A stretch of DNA of 64,000 nucleotides from an uncultured Pseudomonadales bacterium (GTDB taxonomy: Bacteria > Patescibacteriota > Microgenomatia > UBA1400 > CAYXSR01): positions 45,872-109,871 of the forward strand of contig CAYSEI010000004.1 in the NCBI GenBank assembly GCA_964430265.1. Reading direction: 5' to 3'. Within the stretch, counting starts at the first letter, position 1. The number at the start of each line of letters is the position of its first letter. This document shows positions 27,993 through 38,703 of this stretch, in pieces. Below the pieces are notes generated by a model that saw only the letters and a list, made by a program, of their open reading frames with translations, did not search any database and was not told where the DNA came from. The position numbers and the translations under genes are program-made.

Positions 27993-29604
27993 GCATGCGA
28001 ATGTTATCAAAGTTTGTATTGCTGACAGGAGTATATTTTTCTTCCAGTTCCGTAAGAATTTCTTGGTATGATCCTGGAAATTTATTCTGATAATTATCGT
28101 ATGCAGACTGATTAAACAAAAAAATGTCCGCCTTTTTATTTCTAATAGTATCAAGCATTGCATTATTCAGACGCTTTGGCCAATCCATCCAGGGATAGTA
28201 ATAGATGAGAATGTTTGCGGGTATGCGATCCGGGAAGTAGAATACTGAAGTTGTTAAATTAACCTGAGTGATTTTTGCGTTCTTGTCAGTGTTTTCTTTA
28301 ATATATTGGGTAACTTTTGGGTATGGGTCTTTAAGAATAAAAGAAGTGCTGAACTTAAATTCAGGTCTGTTTTTTGTATAGTAAGCAAATAAAAGAAAGC
28401 ACAAGAATAAAAAGGGGAGGATTTTTTTCTTTTTTAGCTGTTTTATTGCATACACGGCAAAAAAACCCGCCAGCCAGAAGCTGTAGATATAAAAAGCGGT
28501 GATATGAAACTTTTCTCCAAAGCGCAGCCTAGCGGAAAAAAGAAAGAATGCACTTAATGCAAGTGCTTGTAATTTCTTTTTTTTAAGAAAAACAAACAAT
28601 CCTAGAAGGATAAAAACAAATACAAAAAATTCAAATGTAAACAGCTGATTGTAGTTTTGTTCGTTTATCATAAATAAATGCTTTTTAAAGGTTTGAAAAT
28701 CAAGGGTTTTTATAAAGTCTAAGCTGATTCCCTTGAGTGCTTTTAAATAGGTTGACCCCACAATTACAAGCGTTTTAGATAACTGGTAAAAATGGTTAAG
28801 AAAATCAATGATAAACTTTTTTATTAGACCAGGGAATTTAGGACCGGTTATACCGTATCTAATTGCATAAAATTCAGCGTTGAAAACAAATAAGGACCAG
28901 AATGCAGGATAAAGCGCATTTTTTAAAAGATAATAAAAAATAAATACAGCGGTTCCAATTATATTGGGAAGGAAAAAATATTTTAAATTAGTTTTGTTTA
29001 AGGAGTCCTTTTTGTTTTGGTAAAAATATATTGCGAAAAAAGGTAAAAAGGAAAGCGAATAAATTATTGAATTGGCAATAGTGGTAAACATAAAATATGC
29101 CAATAAAAGAAGTTCGGGTTTGGAAAAACTAAGTTTTTTATCCTGCCAAAGCTTGTTTATAAACATTAAATAAAAACCCAGTAATGAGTAAGCAAAAAAA
29201 GTTTCCGAAGAAAACTGCTGGCCCCCAAACAATATTAGACTCCAAGAAATTAAAGGCAGGCAAATAATTGTAGCCTTACGGATTTCCTTGTCCAGAATTT
29301 TAATCATTAATATCCAGAATATTAAGGCGTAGAAAACCATAAAATATCTGTAAATAATAAGTTTATGCACAAAAAGTTCAATAAAAGCACTGATGTAATA
29401 CATCAAAGGGAAATGGTGTGAGAAAATATCCTTATAAAGGATACGTCCTTTGGTAATCAGCCATCCAATGGCAAAATTATCCATTTCGTCAGGATAGAAA
29501 CCCTTGTCAAAAGTTATCAGTCTGATTTTCATCCAGATGCCCAAAAACAATAAGGGGAGAACTAGCGGAAATAATTTGTTTTTTATCTTATTTTGCATTA
29601 TCAT
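27979..29604 (-). CDS. polytopic membrane protein, putative GT-C-type glycosyltransferase
   Basis: 541 aa with at least 12 hydrophobic segments. First-loop FYPDEMDNFAIGW (acidic D/E motif). Only minus-strand gene within the 5-45 kb plus-strand block. Confidence 0.4.
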   Translation of the reverse strand: MIMQNKIKNKLFPLVLPLLFLGIWMKIRLITFDKGFYPDEMDNFAIGWLITKGRILYKDIFSHHFPLMYYISAFIELFVHKLIIYRYFMVFYALIFWILMIKILDKEIRKATIICLPLISWSLILFGGQQFSSETFFAYSLLGFYLMFINKLWQDKKLSFSKPELLLLAYFMFTTIANSIIYSLSFLPFFAIYFYQNKKDSLNKTNLKYFFLPNIIGTAVFIFYYLLKNALYPAFWSLFVFNAEFYAIRYGITGPKFPGLIKKFIIDFLNHFYQLSKTLVIVGSTYLKALKGISLDFIKTLDFQTFKKHLFMINEQNYNQLFTFEFFVFVFILLGLFVFLKKKKLQALALSAFFLFSARLRFGEKFHITAFYIYSFWLAGFFAVYAIKQLKKKKILPFLFLCFLLFAYYTKNRPEFKFSTSFILKDPYPKVTQYIKENTDKNAKITQVNLTTSVFYFPDRIPANILIYYYPWMDWPKRLNNAMLDTIRNKKADIFLFNQSAYDNYQNKFPGSYQEILTELEEKYTPVSNTNFDNIRMLKPR

Positions 29605-29640
29605 CTAATTTAGTACCTGATATAATATTTTATCAAAAAG

Positions 29641-30711
29641 ATGAATAAGATTGGAATATTCAGTCCCTACTTAGACAGTTTAGGCGGCGGGGAAAAGTAT
29701 TTTTTAACTCTTGCAGAGTGTCTTTCAGGCGAATATGCTGTGGAAATTTTTTGGAAAGACAAGCAAATTATTAAGCAAGCTGAAGAGCGTTTTAATCTTG
29801 ATTTAAGCGGAGTTACTATAAACAAAAACAATTACCGCTTATTCAAAAAAAGGAATTTTTTAAATAAGCTAAAAGAGATAAGACAATACAATTCCCTTTT
29901 TTTTCTTTCGGACGGAAGCATACCCTTTTTATTTGCAAAGAATAACTTTATTCATTTTCAGGTTCCTTACCAAAATTTAAGGACTAGTTTATTAACTAAA
30001 GCCAAGCTGTCACTGGTAAATACACTTTTTTGCAACTCGAAATTTACCAAAAAACACATTGACACAAAACTTGGAGTTAATAGCAAAGTAATATATCCTC
30101 CAGTTAATGTCAATGATTTTAGTCCCTTGGAAAAAGAAAATATAATTTTGTCGGTGGGAAGATATGACAATTTGGAACAGAATAAAAATCAAGCACTAAT
30201 GATTGACGTTTTTAAGCAAATGCAAAAAAAAGAAAACAACAATTGGAAATTTATTTTAGCCGGAGGAGTGAGTACGCCTGAAGGAGAAAGGAATTTTAAA
30301 AAATTGCAAGAAAATGCTGTAGAAGAAGAAATTGAGCTCTACAAAAATATTGGATTTAAGAAGCTTAAAGAGCTGTATGGGAAAGCCAAAATATATTGGC
30401 ATGCGGCCGGACACGGACAAGATTTAAGAATTAATCCGCAAAAAGCAGAGCATTTTGGCATAACAACCGTTGAAGCAATGGCCTCGGGATGTGTTCCTGT
30501 AGTTATTAATGCAGGCGGCCAAAAAGAGATTGTAAAACATAATTTAAACGGGTTTCTATGGAAAACTGAAAAGGATTTAATAACAATGACATTAAAATTG
30601 ATCAAAGACAAGAATTTGTGCAAAAGCATGAGTAAACAAGCATTACAGGATAGTAGAAAATATAGTAAAGACAGGTTCTGTCAACAAATAAAAGAACTAT
30701 TAGCTAAATAA
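29641..30711 (+). CDS. GT4 (Glycos_transf_1) glycosyltransferase
   Basis: EHFGITTVEAMASGCVPVVINAGGQKEIV matches the GT4 EX7E region. 356 aa. Confidence 0.75.
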   Translation: MNKIGIFSPYLDSLGGGEKYFLTLAECLSGEYAVEIFWKDKQIIKQAEERFNLDLSGVTINKNNYRLFKKRNFLNKLKEIRQYNSLFFLSDGSIPFLFAKNNFIHFQVPYQNLRTSLLTKAKLSLVNTLFCNSKFTKKHIDTKLGVNSKVIYPPVNVNDFSPLEKENIILSVGRYDNLEQNKNQALMIDVFKQMQKKENNNWKFILAGGVSTPEGERNFKKLQENAVEEEIELYKNIGFKKLKELYGKAKIYWHAAGHGQDLRINPQKAEHFGITTVEAMASGCVPVVINAGGQKEIVKHNLNGFLWKTEKDLITMTLKLIKDKNLCKSMSKQALQDSRKYSKDRFCQQIKELLAK

Positions 30712-30727
30712 TTATATAAATAAACTA

Positions 30728-32965
30728 ATGATTATAAATAAAAAAAACATCTGGATTATTATATCCCTAGCTGCAGTAATTTTATTTTTTAGTTTTTTGT
30801 TAATTAAAAAAGGAGTACCTTTACCAGCAGATGCTTTAGTTGGCATGTATCATCCCTGGAGGGACTTGTATAAAAAGGAATTTCCAGTAGGTTATCCTTA
30901 TAAAAACTTCTTAATTACAGATCCGGTTAGGCAGCAGTATCCCTGGAAAACTGCAGTCATAAACCAGTTTAAACAAAAACAACTGCCGCTTTGGAACCCT
31001 TATTCTTTTTCCGGTTATCCTTTGCTGGCAAATTTTCAATCAGGTGCTTTTTATTTTATTAATATACTTTTTTTGACATTTAATTTTAATTTAGGATGGA
31101 GTTTGTATATTATTTTGCAGCCAGTTCTTGCGCTTCTTTTTATGTATTTGTTTTTAAAAGATAAAGTTGATAGATTTTCAGCATTAATAGGGAGTATTGC
31201 TTTTTCTTTTTCCGGGTTTATAGTTGCGTGGTTTGAGTGGGGGAATGTTGGTCATACATTTATTTGGCTACCATTGATTTTTTATACATTAGAAAAGATT
31301 ATTAGAAAAAAAAGTTGGAAATACGCCCTTTTGTTTATTTTTGCTTTAAGCAGCAGCTTTTTTGCCGGCCATTTACAAACCGCTTTTTATGTTATTTTAG
31401 TTAGTGTTTTATATAGTTTATCAATGATTTTTAAGCTAAAAAAGACAAGCAAAATATTAGCTATAAAAAGAATTTCAATTGCTTTTTTATTCTTCACAAT
31501 CTTAACTTCAATCCAATGGTTGCCAACATTAAATTTAATCCAAAAAAGCACCCGCGGATTAAATGTGCCCAAACTACTTTTTCTGCCGTTTAAACACTTG
31601 ATACAGATGTTTTTTCCTGACTTTTTTGGTAATCCGGCTACTTTGAATTATTGGGGTGAATGGAATTATTTAGAATATATTTCCTATATTGGTATTATTC
31701 CAATATTTTTTGCACTTTATTATATTTTCAGTAGTTCTTTTAGTAAAAATCGCTTTTTTAAAATAACATTAATAATAAGTATTTTATTTGCGACCAATAA
31801 TCCCATTGCTAAACTTCCATTTGCTTTAAACATTCCTTTTATATCCACATCTTCGCCAGCAAGACTTGTATCATTAATATGTTTTTCCAGTGCAGTTTTG
31901 TCAGCATATGGAGCCAAGAAATTTTTAAAACAAAAAAAGATAAAAGCCCTTTTAATTTTTACACTTTTTATATTTATATCCTGGGTAGTTGTATATTTTC
32001 TTGATGCAAGACCTCACAGCAAATATTTACGCTACAACGTAACCAAAAGAAATCTGATCCTGCCAACGGCAATATTTTTAACTTTTGCTTGCGGATTTTT
32101 TATTAAAAATATCTTAAAAAAGTTTTTAAACAAAAAAATAGCAAAATATCTTGAATATTTATTTTTGCTGGGAATATTAATTATTGTTTTATTTGACGGA
32201 TTTAGGTTTTTATCTAAATTCAACCCCTTTATTAAAAAAGATTTAATTTATCCGGATACAAAAATTTTAAGTTATCTGCAGGAAGATAAAGAAAAATTTA
32301 GAGTTATTGCTCCGGATGAAAGAATCTTAATACCTAACAGCGCAATTCCATACAAAATAGAAACTGTACAAGGATATGATCCTTTAATGCTTAAAAATTA
32401 TGTTTCTCTTGTCCAATACTCTGAAACAGGTGAGTTTAATAAAAAGTACCCTAGAAGCAGGATAGTACAACCGCAGAATATAGAAACTGGATTAATAGAT
32501 ATCTTAAATGTCAAATATTTACTTACATTTGATGAATTTGGAGAAGAATTTGAAAAAATAATGGAGGAAGGAGAAACCAAGCTTTATAAAAACCCCAATT
32601 ATCTTCCGCGAATATATTTTGCAAACGAATTGCAGTTTTTAGAAAATAAAGAAGAAATATACAAAAAAATTATTAATGAACAAAAAACAACTACTGACAG
32701 GATAGTCTATAAAATAGGACAGCAAGAGAATAAAGTATGTGATCAAGCTGAGATCCTGGAAAGTAATATTAAAGCAAATCAAATAACTGTCAAAACAAAT
32801 AACAGCAATGATTGTTATTTAGTTGTTTCTCAAGTTTATTATCCGACTTGGAGTGTAATTGTGGACAATAAAAAGAAAAAAATTGAACAAGTAAACTCAA
32901 TATTTCCTGCAGTTAAACTTAATAAGGGAGAACACGAAGTGACATTTAAAAATAATTTGCTATAA
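30728..32965 (+). CDS. YfhO-like large membrane glycosyltransferase (GT-C)
   Basis: 745 aa. WNPYSFSGYPLLANFQSGAFYFINILF. C-terminal YYPTWSVIVDNKKKKIEQVNSIFPAVKLNKGEHEVTFKN. Confidence 0.55.
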   Translation: MIINKKNIWIIISLAAVILFFSFLLIKKGVPLPADALVGMYHPWRDLYKKEFPVGYPYKNFLITDPVRQQYPWKTAVINQFKQKQLPLWNPYSFSGYPLLANFQSGAFYFINILFLTFNFNLGWSLYIILQPVLALLFMYLFLKDKVDRFSALIGSIAFSFSGFIVAWFEWGNVGHTFIWLPLIFYTLEKIIRKKSWKYALLFIFALSSSFFAGHLQTAFYVILVSVLYSLSMIFKLKKTSKILAIKRISIAFLFFTILTSIQWLPTLNLIQKSTRGLNVPKLLFLPFKHLIQMFFPDFFGNPATLNYWGEWNYLEYISYIGIIPIFFALYYIFSSSFSKNRFFKITLIISILFATNNPIAKLPFALNIPFISTSSPARLVSLICFSSAVLSAYGAKKFLKQKKIKALLIFTLFIFISWVVVYFLDARPHSKYLRYNVTKRNLILPTAIFLTFACGFFIKNILKKFLNKKIAKYLEYLFLLGILIIVLFDGFRFLSKFNPFIKKDLIYPDTKILSYLQEDKEKFRVIAPDERILIPNSAIPYKIETVQGYDPLMLKNYVSLVQYSETGEFNKKYPRSRIVQPQNIETGLIDILNVKYLLTFDEFGEEFEKIMEEGETKLYKNPNYLPRIYFANELQFLENKEEIYKKIINEQKTTTDRIVYKIGQQENKVCDQAEILESNIKANQITVKTNNSNDCYLVVSQVYYPTWSVIVDNKKKKIEQVNSIFPAVKLNKGEHEVTFKNNLL

Positions 32966-32973
32966 TTGCAAAA

Positions 32974-33882
32974 ATGAAATACAGCATAATAATTCCAAAC
33001 TATAACGGAAAAGAACTATTAAAAAAGAACCTTCCCTCTCTTATTAATCTGTTAAAAAGAGACGACAACTTACTTGAAATAATAGTTGTTGATGACGCTT
33101 CAAATGACCAAAGTATAGAATTTGTTAAAAAAAAATACCCTGATATTAAACTTTTAATTAATAAAGAAAACAAAGGTTTTGCATATTCTTGTAATCGTGG
33201 TGTAGAAAAAGCAAAAGGAGAGGTGGTTATTCTTTTAAATACGGATGCGGTATTTAAAAACAAAACAATAACCGACAAAATAGATACCTATTTCAAAAAT
33301 GATGATGTATTTGCAGTCGGTTTTTTGGATATTGTGAAAGAAAAAGGGGAAATTCAAGAGCATGGTAGAGGAATCGGCTATTTTAAAAAAGGCTGGTTCT
33401 TTCATAAAAAGGCAAGCCTGAAAAAAGGATATTCTTTATGGGCTTCTGGAGGAAGTTCAGCTTTTTGCAAAGAAAAATGGGACAAACTAAACGGATTTGA
33501 CACAATATATTCGCCTTTTTACTGGGAAGATGTTGATCTGGGATTTAGAGGCTGGCTTAATGGTTACAAAATATATTTTGATCCGGATATTAAAGTTGCA
33601 CACAATCATGAAAAAGGAAGTATTAAGAGCAATTACGAAAAAAAACAGATTGAAATAATTTCTTACAGAAATCAGTTTTTATTCAACTGGAAATATTTTA
33701 ATCGGGGTAAATATTTACTCAAACAAATTTTAGGATTTTTTTATTACTCGTTTTTTGCACTTATGGCCAATGAATGGACGTTTTTTAAAGGATTTTTTTC
33801 TGCATTGAAAAAAATAAAGCAGCTGAATAAAAAAAAGTTTGATCCAAACAAATTTCAAGATAAAAACATATTGGAAATATGA
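32974..33882 (+). CDS. GT2 family glycosyltransferase
   Basis: YSIIIPNYNGKELL...IIVVDDASNDQS...LLNTDAV. 302 aa. Confidence 0.7.
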   Translation: MKYSIIIPNYNGKELLKKNLPSLINLLKRDDNLLEIIVVDDASNDQSIEFVKKKYPDIKLLINKENKGFAYSCNRGVEKAKGEVVILLNTDAVFKNKTITDKIDTYFKNDDVFAVGFLDIVKEKGEIQEHGRGIGYFKKGWFFHKKASLKKGYSLWASGGSSAFCKEKWDKLNGFDTIYSPFYWEDVDLGFRGWLNGYKIYFDPDIKVAHNHEKGSIKSNYEKKQIEIISYRNQFLFNWKYFNRGKYLLKQILGFFYYSFFALMANEWTFFKGFFSALKKIKQLNKKKFDPNKFQDKNILEI

Positions 33883-35513
33883 AGATAAATTTAAAACTTC
33901 TGGGCATTTTTATATTAGGACTTTTGTTAAGAATTATTTTATTAAGCCAGATTCCTTCTGGTTTACACCGGGATGAAGTTTCTACTGGGTATAATGCCTA
34001 CAGCATAATAAAGACAGGAAAAGATGAGTATCAAAGAAGTGTGCCCTTAGTATTTGAAGCTTTTGGCGACTGGAAAAGGCCTTTAAATATTTATTTATCT
34101 GTTCCTTTTATTTTTATATTTGGCTTAAATGCCTTATCTGTAAGACTGCCTATTACAATTTTGGGTGCTTTAAGTGTTTTGTTAACCTACTTGATTGTTA
34201 AAAAACTTTTTCCTGTTAAAAGATCCTTGGCTTTAATTAGTGCCCTGGTTTTTGCTATTTCCCCATGGCATGTGTTTATGTCACGGACCGGGCTGGGTTG
34301 GAATGTTGTTGGCTTGTTTTTTACATTGATTGCTTTTTTGTTTTTATTAAAATCGTTTAAAAAGGATTACTGCTTAGTAATATCCAGTTTTTTATGGGGG
34401 GTAACCTTATTTACCTACGCCAGCAACCAGATACTTACACCTATTTTTCTTGTGCTTCTTTTATTTTTATATTTTAAAAAAATAATTAAAAATAAATATT
34501 TTTTTATTAGTCTAGTCGTTTTTATACTTTTGTTTGCAGTTTTTCTTAAAGTTTATGTACCTGTATTTCAGGTCAATGCAGTAGGTTCTAGTTTTATTAA
34601 TCCGCTTTATACTTTTACGCATATTGAACAAAAAAGAGTTCAATCTGGTAGGCCAAATTCTATCTTAATAAGGCTTGTTTACAACCGCCTCACTGTTTAT
34701 TCAGTTAAATTTATAAAAAACTTTTTTACTGCTTTTTCTCCTAAAACGCTATTTTTACCATTAAAATCAAATAAAGCTTATAGTTTAAAAAACCATGGGA
34801 ATCTTTATTTAATTGAGATATTCTTTTTAATATTAGGATTATTTGCCTTGAGAAAGCAAAAGATAAAAAAAATCTTTTTGCTTTTAGGATGGTTTTTTAT
34901 TTCCTTTGTACCGGCAGCATTAACTATTGACCCTCAGGCCAGTACCCGCTCAATAACAGCATTATTCCCTATATCAGTTTTAATTGCTATGGGTATAAAT
35001 AAAATAATGGATATTTTTAAGAGCAAAAATAGTCAAAAAATAGTAGAAATAGTAATTATTCTAGGATACCTTACTGTATTTAGCTATTTTATAAAAGCAT
35101 ATTTTATTGATTTTCCTAATAATAGAGCAGAAGTACATGGATACGGATGGAAAAAAATTATTGCTTATGAAAACAAACTTAATCCGGAAAATGTGTATGT
35201 AGCAACACCGGAAGATCAATATTACATTTATTTTCTTTTTTATAATAAGATAAAACCACAAGTTTTTTGGGATACTGTTAATAGGGGAGAAATGACCAGA
35301 GACGGATTCCAGAGGGTAACAGATTTTTCAGATTACCATTTTATTGGTAAAATAGACTGGCAAAACCTGGGGAAATACAAAAACAGCCTTTTAATAAAAA
35401 AGATTGATAACAAAAAACTGGAGGAATTAAGAAAGTATTATTCGGAAGCTGAGGAAAAAAAGATTATAAAACTACCTAATGGAGAACCAGAATGGCTATT
35501 AATAAAAACATAA
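33879..35513 (+). CDS. PMT_2/ArnT-like GT-C glycosyltransferase (tandem array member 1)
   Basis: LHRDEVSTGYNAYSI (DE loop), ISPWHVFMSRTG, and a soluble C-terminal domain. Paralogous to 35492, 37186, 39290 and 40983. Confidence 0.6.
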   Translation: MKINLKLLGIFILGLLLRIILLSQIPSGLHRDEVSTGYNAYSIIKTGKDEYQRSVPLVFEAFGDWKRPLNIYLSVPFIFIFGLNALSVRLPITILGALSVLLTYLIVKKLFPVKRSLALISALVFAISPWHVFMSRTGLGWNVVGLFFTLIAFLFLLKSFKKDYCLVISSFLWGVTLFTYASNQILTPIFLVLLLFLYFKKIIKNKYFFISLVVFILLFAVFLKVYVPVFQVNAVGSSFINPLYTFTHIEQKRVQSGRPNSILIRLVYNRLTVYSVKFIKNFFTAFSPKTLFLPLKSNKAYSLKNHGNLYLIEIFFLILGLFALRKQKIKKIFLLLGWFFISFVPAALTIDPQASTRSITALFPISVLIAMGINKIMDIFKSKNSQKIVEIVIILGYLTVFSYFIKAYFIDFPNNRAEVHGYGWKKIIAYENKLNPENVYVATPEDQYYIYFLFYNKIKPQVFWDTVNRGEMTRDGFQRVTDFSDYHFIGKIDWQNLGKYKNSLLIKKIDNKKLEELRKYYSEAEEKKIIKLPNGEPEWLLIKT

Positions 35514-37189
35514 TAAATAATAAGATCATAAAAAAAGTAAGAAATCTTTTTAAAAACAGGAAATTATTACTAATAATAATCTTGTTTATTGCAGCATTTT
35601 TACGTTTTTATAAGCTGGGTAAAATACCGCCGGCATTGCAATGGGATGAAATTTCCATGGGCTATGAATCCTACAGCATTCTTAAAACCGGCAAGGACCA
35701 GTTTGGTAATTTTTTACCTGTATTTTTCCGCTGTTTAGATGATTGGAAGCCGGGAATGTATATGTATATTTCTGTAATTCCAATAGCTTTATTTGGACTA
35801 AATGCTTTTTCCGTCCGCTTTGGGGTAGCTTTTTTTGGTGTTCTTTCTGTTTATTTTACTTACCTTTTGTTTAAGGAAATATTTAAAAACAATAAAAATA
35901 AAGAAATAATTGCTTTGTTAACCAGTTTCTTGCTTGCGGTTTCTCCTTGGCATCTGCAAGTTACTCATGCTTTGTATCAGGTGAGTATTTCAATTTTTTT
36001 ATTAATACTTGCAGTGTATTTATTTTTTAAAGGATTAGAAAAAAATAAATATCTCTGGTTTTCTTCATTTCTTTTTGGGCTGGGATTTTACTCATATACC
36101 AGTGCAAGAATTGTTTTACCCTTAATGTGGTTATCTATGATTTTGATCCATAACCACAAAATCCTATTCAAGAAAAAGAAAATGCTTGCATTTTTTATCC
36201 CTTTTTTAGTTTTGCTTTTTTTATACATTCCGCATTTAAATGAGCCGGGTGCAAAGATCCGTTTTGAAGCTACTAATATTTTGCAAATGGAAGAATATGC
36301 AGATAATTCTATACTTGAAGTTTTAGAAGATAAAAAAAGAGGTGCTTATTTAGGGGGCAGGATATTTCATAACCGCAGATTTGCTTTTATCAACTGGGAA
36401 AACACAGGAGAAGTAATCAGGAACTATTTTTCACATTTCAGGCCGGAATTTTTATTTATTAAAGCGGATGTGCCTCTACACCATGCACCAAATATGGGTT
36501 TATTGTATGCTGTAGAAATACCTTTTGTTGTTTTAGGATTTTTATTATTTCTTAAAAACAAACTAAACAGAAAAACATTAATAATTTTAGCGTGGTTTTT
36601 AATTGCTCCTATTCCTGCATCAGTGACCCGACAGGTGCCGCACACTATTAGGACTGCACTTTTTTTGCCTACGTTCCAGTTTTTTACGGCTTTCGGATTT
36701 ATAAAAACATTTGAATTTATTAAAAGGGAAAGAAAATTGTTTGCTTATCTGTTTACAGGAATTGTTATATTTTTGCTAACATACAATATTGGTTACTACT
36801 TGCATCAGTTTTATGTGCATCTGCCATATGAATATTCCCAATTTTGGAAATATGCGAGGAAGCAGGCTGTTGAATATACTGAAGAAAACAAGCATAAGTA
36901 TGATCAAGTTCTTGTTTCTACAGATTTGGAATTTCCTTGGATTTTCTGGCTCTTTTATGCAAAGTATCCGCCTCAAGAATATTTAGAGGATGGTGGCACA
37001 GTCAGTGGTGGTTTTGCAGCCCAGGAAAATAGTTTTGATAAATATGATTTTCGTAAGTTTGATTATGATGCAGAAAAAAGCCAGAACTTTTTATTTGTGG
37101 GGAATCCGAAAGAATTTCCGCATTTTGCTGATGTTGTTAAAGAGATTGAATATAAAAATGGAGAAAAAGCAATTATAATTGCCAAATGA
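35492..37189 (+). CDS. PMT_2/ArnT-like GT-C glycosyltransferase (array member 2)
   Basis: LQWDEISMGYESYSIL, VSPWHLQVTHA, FHNRRFAFINW, VPHTIRTALFLPTFQ and C-terminal YPPQEYLEDGGTVSGGF. Confidence 0.6.
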   Translation: MAINKNIINNKIIKKVRNLFKNRKLLLIIILFIAAFLRFYKLGKIPPALQWDEISMGYESYSILKTGKDQFGNFLPVFFRCLDDWKPGMYMYISVIPIALFGLNAFSVRFGVAFFGVLSVYFTYLLFKEIFKNNKNKEIIALLTSFLLAVSPWHLQVTHALYQVSISIFLLILAVYLFFKGLEKNKYLWFSSFLFGLGFYSYTSARIVLPLMWLSMILIHNHKILFKKKKMLAFFIPFLVLLFLYIPHLNEPGAKIRFEATNILQMEEYADNSILEVLEDKKRGAYLGGRIFHNRRFAFINWENTGEVIRNYFSHFRPEFLFIKADVPLHHAPNMGLLYAVEIPFVVLGFLLFLKNKLNRKTLIILAWFLIAPIPASVTRQVPHTIRTALFLPTFQFFTAFGFIKTFEFIKRERKLFAYLFTGIVIFLLTYNIGYYLHQFYVHLPYEYSQFWKYARKQAVEYTEENKHKYDQVLVSTDLEFPWIFWLFYAKYPPQEYLEDGGTVSGGFAAQENSFDKYDFRKFDYDAEKSQNFLFVGNPKEFPHFADVVKEIEYKNGEKAIIIAK

Positions 37190-38703
37190 AAAAAACAATA
37201 ATTATTCTTATTTTGATCTTAGCCTTAGCAGCTTTTTTACGTTTTTATAAAATTTCAATTTATCCGCCTGGCTTGTATATTGACGAAGTATCAATTGGCT
37301 ATAATGCATATACAATTTTGCAAAAAGGGGTGGACCAGCATGGTGTTAAATATCCTATATGGTTTAAAGCGTTTGGAGAATACAAGCTGCCGGTTTATAT
37401 ATATCTAACCAGTCTGACAATGTTTGTTTTTGGTAAAAGTGTTTTTAGTGTGAGGTTTTTTTCTGCTTTTTTTGGCATTTTAACAATACTTTTCTTCTAT
37501 TTGTTTGTAAAGGATTTATTAAAAAAAGAGTTTAAAAATGAAAGTAAATCAATTGCTTTATTATCTACCTTTTTGTTAACTATTTCCCCTTGGCATTTAC
37601 AGCTTTCAAGGGCAGGTTTTGAAGTAAATGTTGCACTTTTCTTTTTTGTTTTGGGTTCTTGGCTGTGTTTAGTATTTTATCAGCAGAAAAAGTTAAGATA
37701 TCTAATTTTTGGGTATCTTAGTTTCGTATTAACTTTTTATACTTACAACAGCTTTAGATTAATAACACCATTAGTTTTAACATTTTTATCTGTATATTTT
37801 TATGTTAAAAAATTTATTAAAAGAAAAAAATTAGTTATTGTTTACTTGCTGTTTTTTATACTCAGTATCCCAATGCTGTTTTTTTCATTATCAACTGAAG
37901 GCGGAAGAAGGCTAACACAAATTTCTGCTTTTAATAAAGAAGGGATTAATACACCGTTGCAAAAAGCTTTACATTATCCTTTAATTTATTTTAATAAATA
38001 TATTCTGCATTTTTCTAATAATTTTTTGTTTAATTACGGTGACGGAATAAAAAGACATGTAATGAGGGATTTTGGTGTTTTACCCCGCTGGCAGTTACCT
38101 ATAATAATTATTGGAGCTGTTTTTGTTTTTAAAAATATAAAAAAAACATGGAGTAAAGTTTTAGTTGGTTTGATATTAATTGCTCCTATGGCTTCTTCTT
38201 TAACAGATTTAAGTCCACACGCTCTTCGATCTTATTTACTGGTTATCCCATTTATATCCTTGGTATCTTTAGGTTTGTATTTTATTTACAAGAAATTTAA
38301 GGGAATAAAAATGTGGTTTATTTTAACAATAATTAGTTTAGTTGCTTTGTATGAATTTGTTTTTCACCAGCATTTTTATTATGTGCATTATCCGCAGGCA
38401 AGAGTTCTTGACTGGGGCGCTGGATATAAACAAACTGTTGATAAAACAGCTGAACTGGGCAAAAATTATTCAAAAATTTATGTTAGTGAGAAAATTGGTG
38501 GTGAAATATATTTTCAATTTTATAATGATAAATTAGAAGTTGAATTTGTAGAACCGGGAAAAAACAAGCCGGAAGATCTAAAAGGAACAGATATTTTATA
38601 TGTTACCGGTCCAGTTGAAAAACCATCAGATAAAAAGCTAGATGAAGTTTATTTTCCATATAAATTAAATAAAGACGTTTTTGCAACTTTTTGGGAAATA
38701 TAG
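37186..38703 (+). CDS. PMT_2/ArnT-like GT-C glycosyltransferase (array member 3)
   Basis: LYIDEVSIGYNAYTIL, ISPWHLQLSRAGFEVN and SPHALRSYLLVIPF. Confidence 0.6.
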   Translation: MKKTIIILILILALAAFLRFYKISIYPPGLYIDEVSIGYNAYTILQKGVDQHGVKYPIWFKAFGEYKLPVYIYLTSLTMFVFGKSVFSVRFFSAFFGILTILFFYLFVKDLLKKEFKNESKSIALLSTFLLTISPWHLQLSRAGFEVNVALFFFVLGSWLCLVFYQQKKLRYLIFGYLSFVLTFYTYNSFRLITPLVLTFLSVYFYVKKFIKRKKLVIVYLLFFILSIPMLFFSLSTEGGRRLTQISAFNKEGINTPLQKALHYPLIYFNKYILHFSNNFLFNYGDGIKRHVMRDFGVLPRWQLPIIIIGAVFVFKNIKKTWSKVLVGLILIAPMASSLTDLSPHALRSYLLVIPFISLVSLGLYFIYKKFKGIKMWFILTIISLVALYEFVFHQHFYYVHYPQARVLDWGAGYKQTVDKTAELGKNYSKIYVSEKIGGEIYFQFYNDKLEVEFVEPGKNKPEDLKGTDILYVTGPVEKPSDKKLDEVYFPYKLNKDVFATFWEI

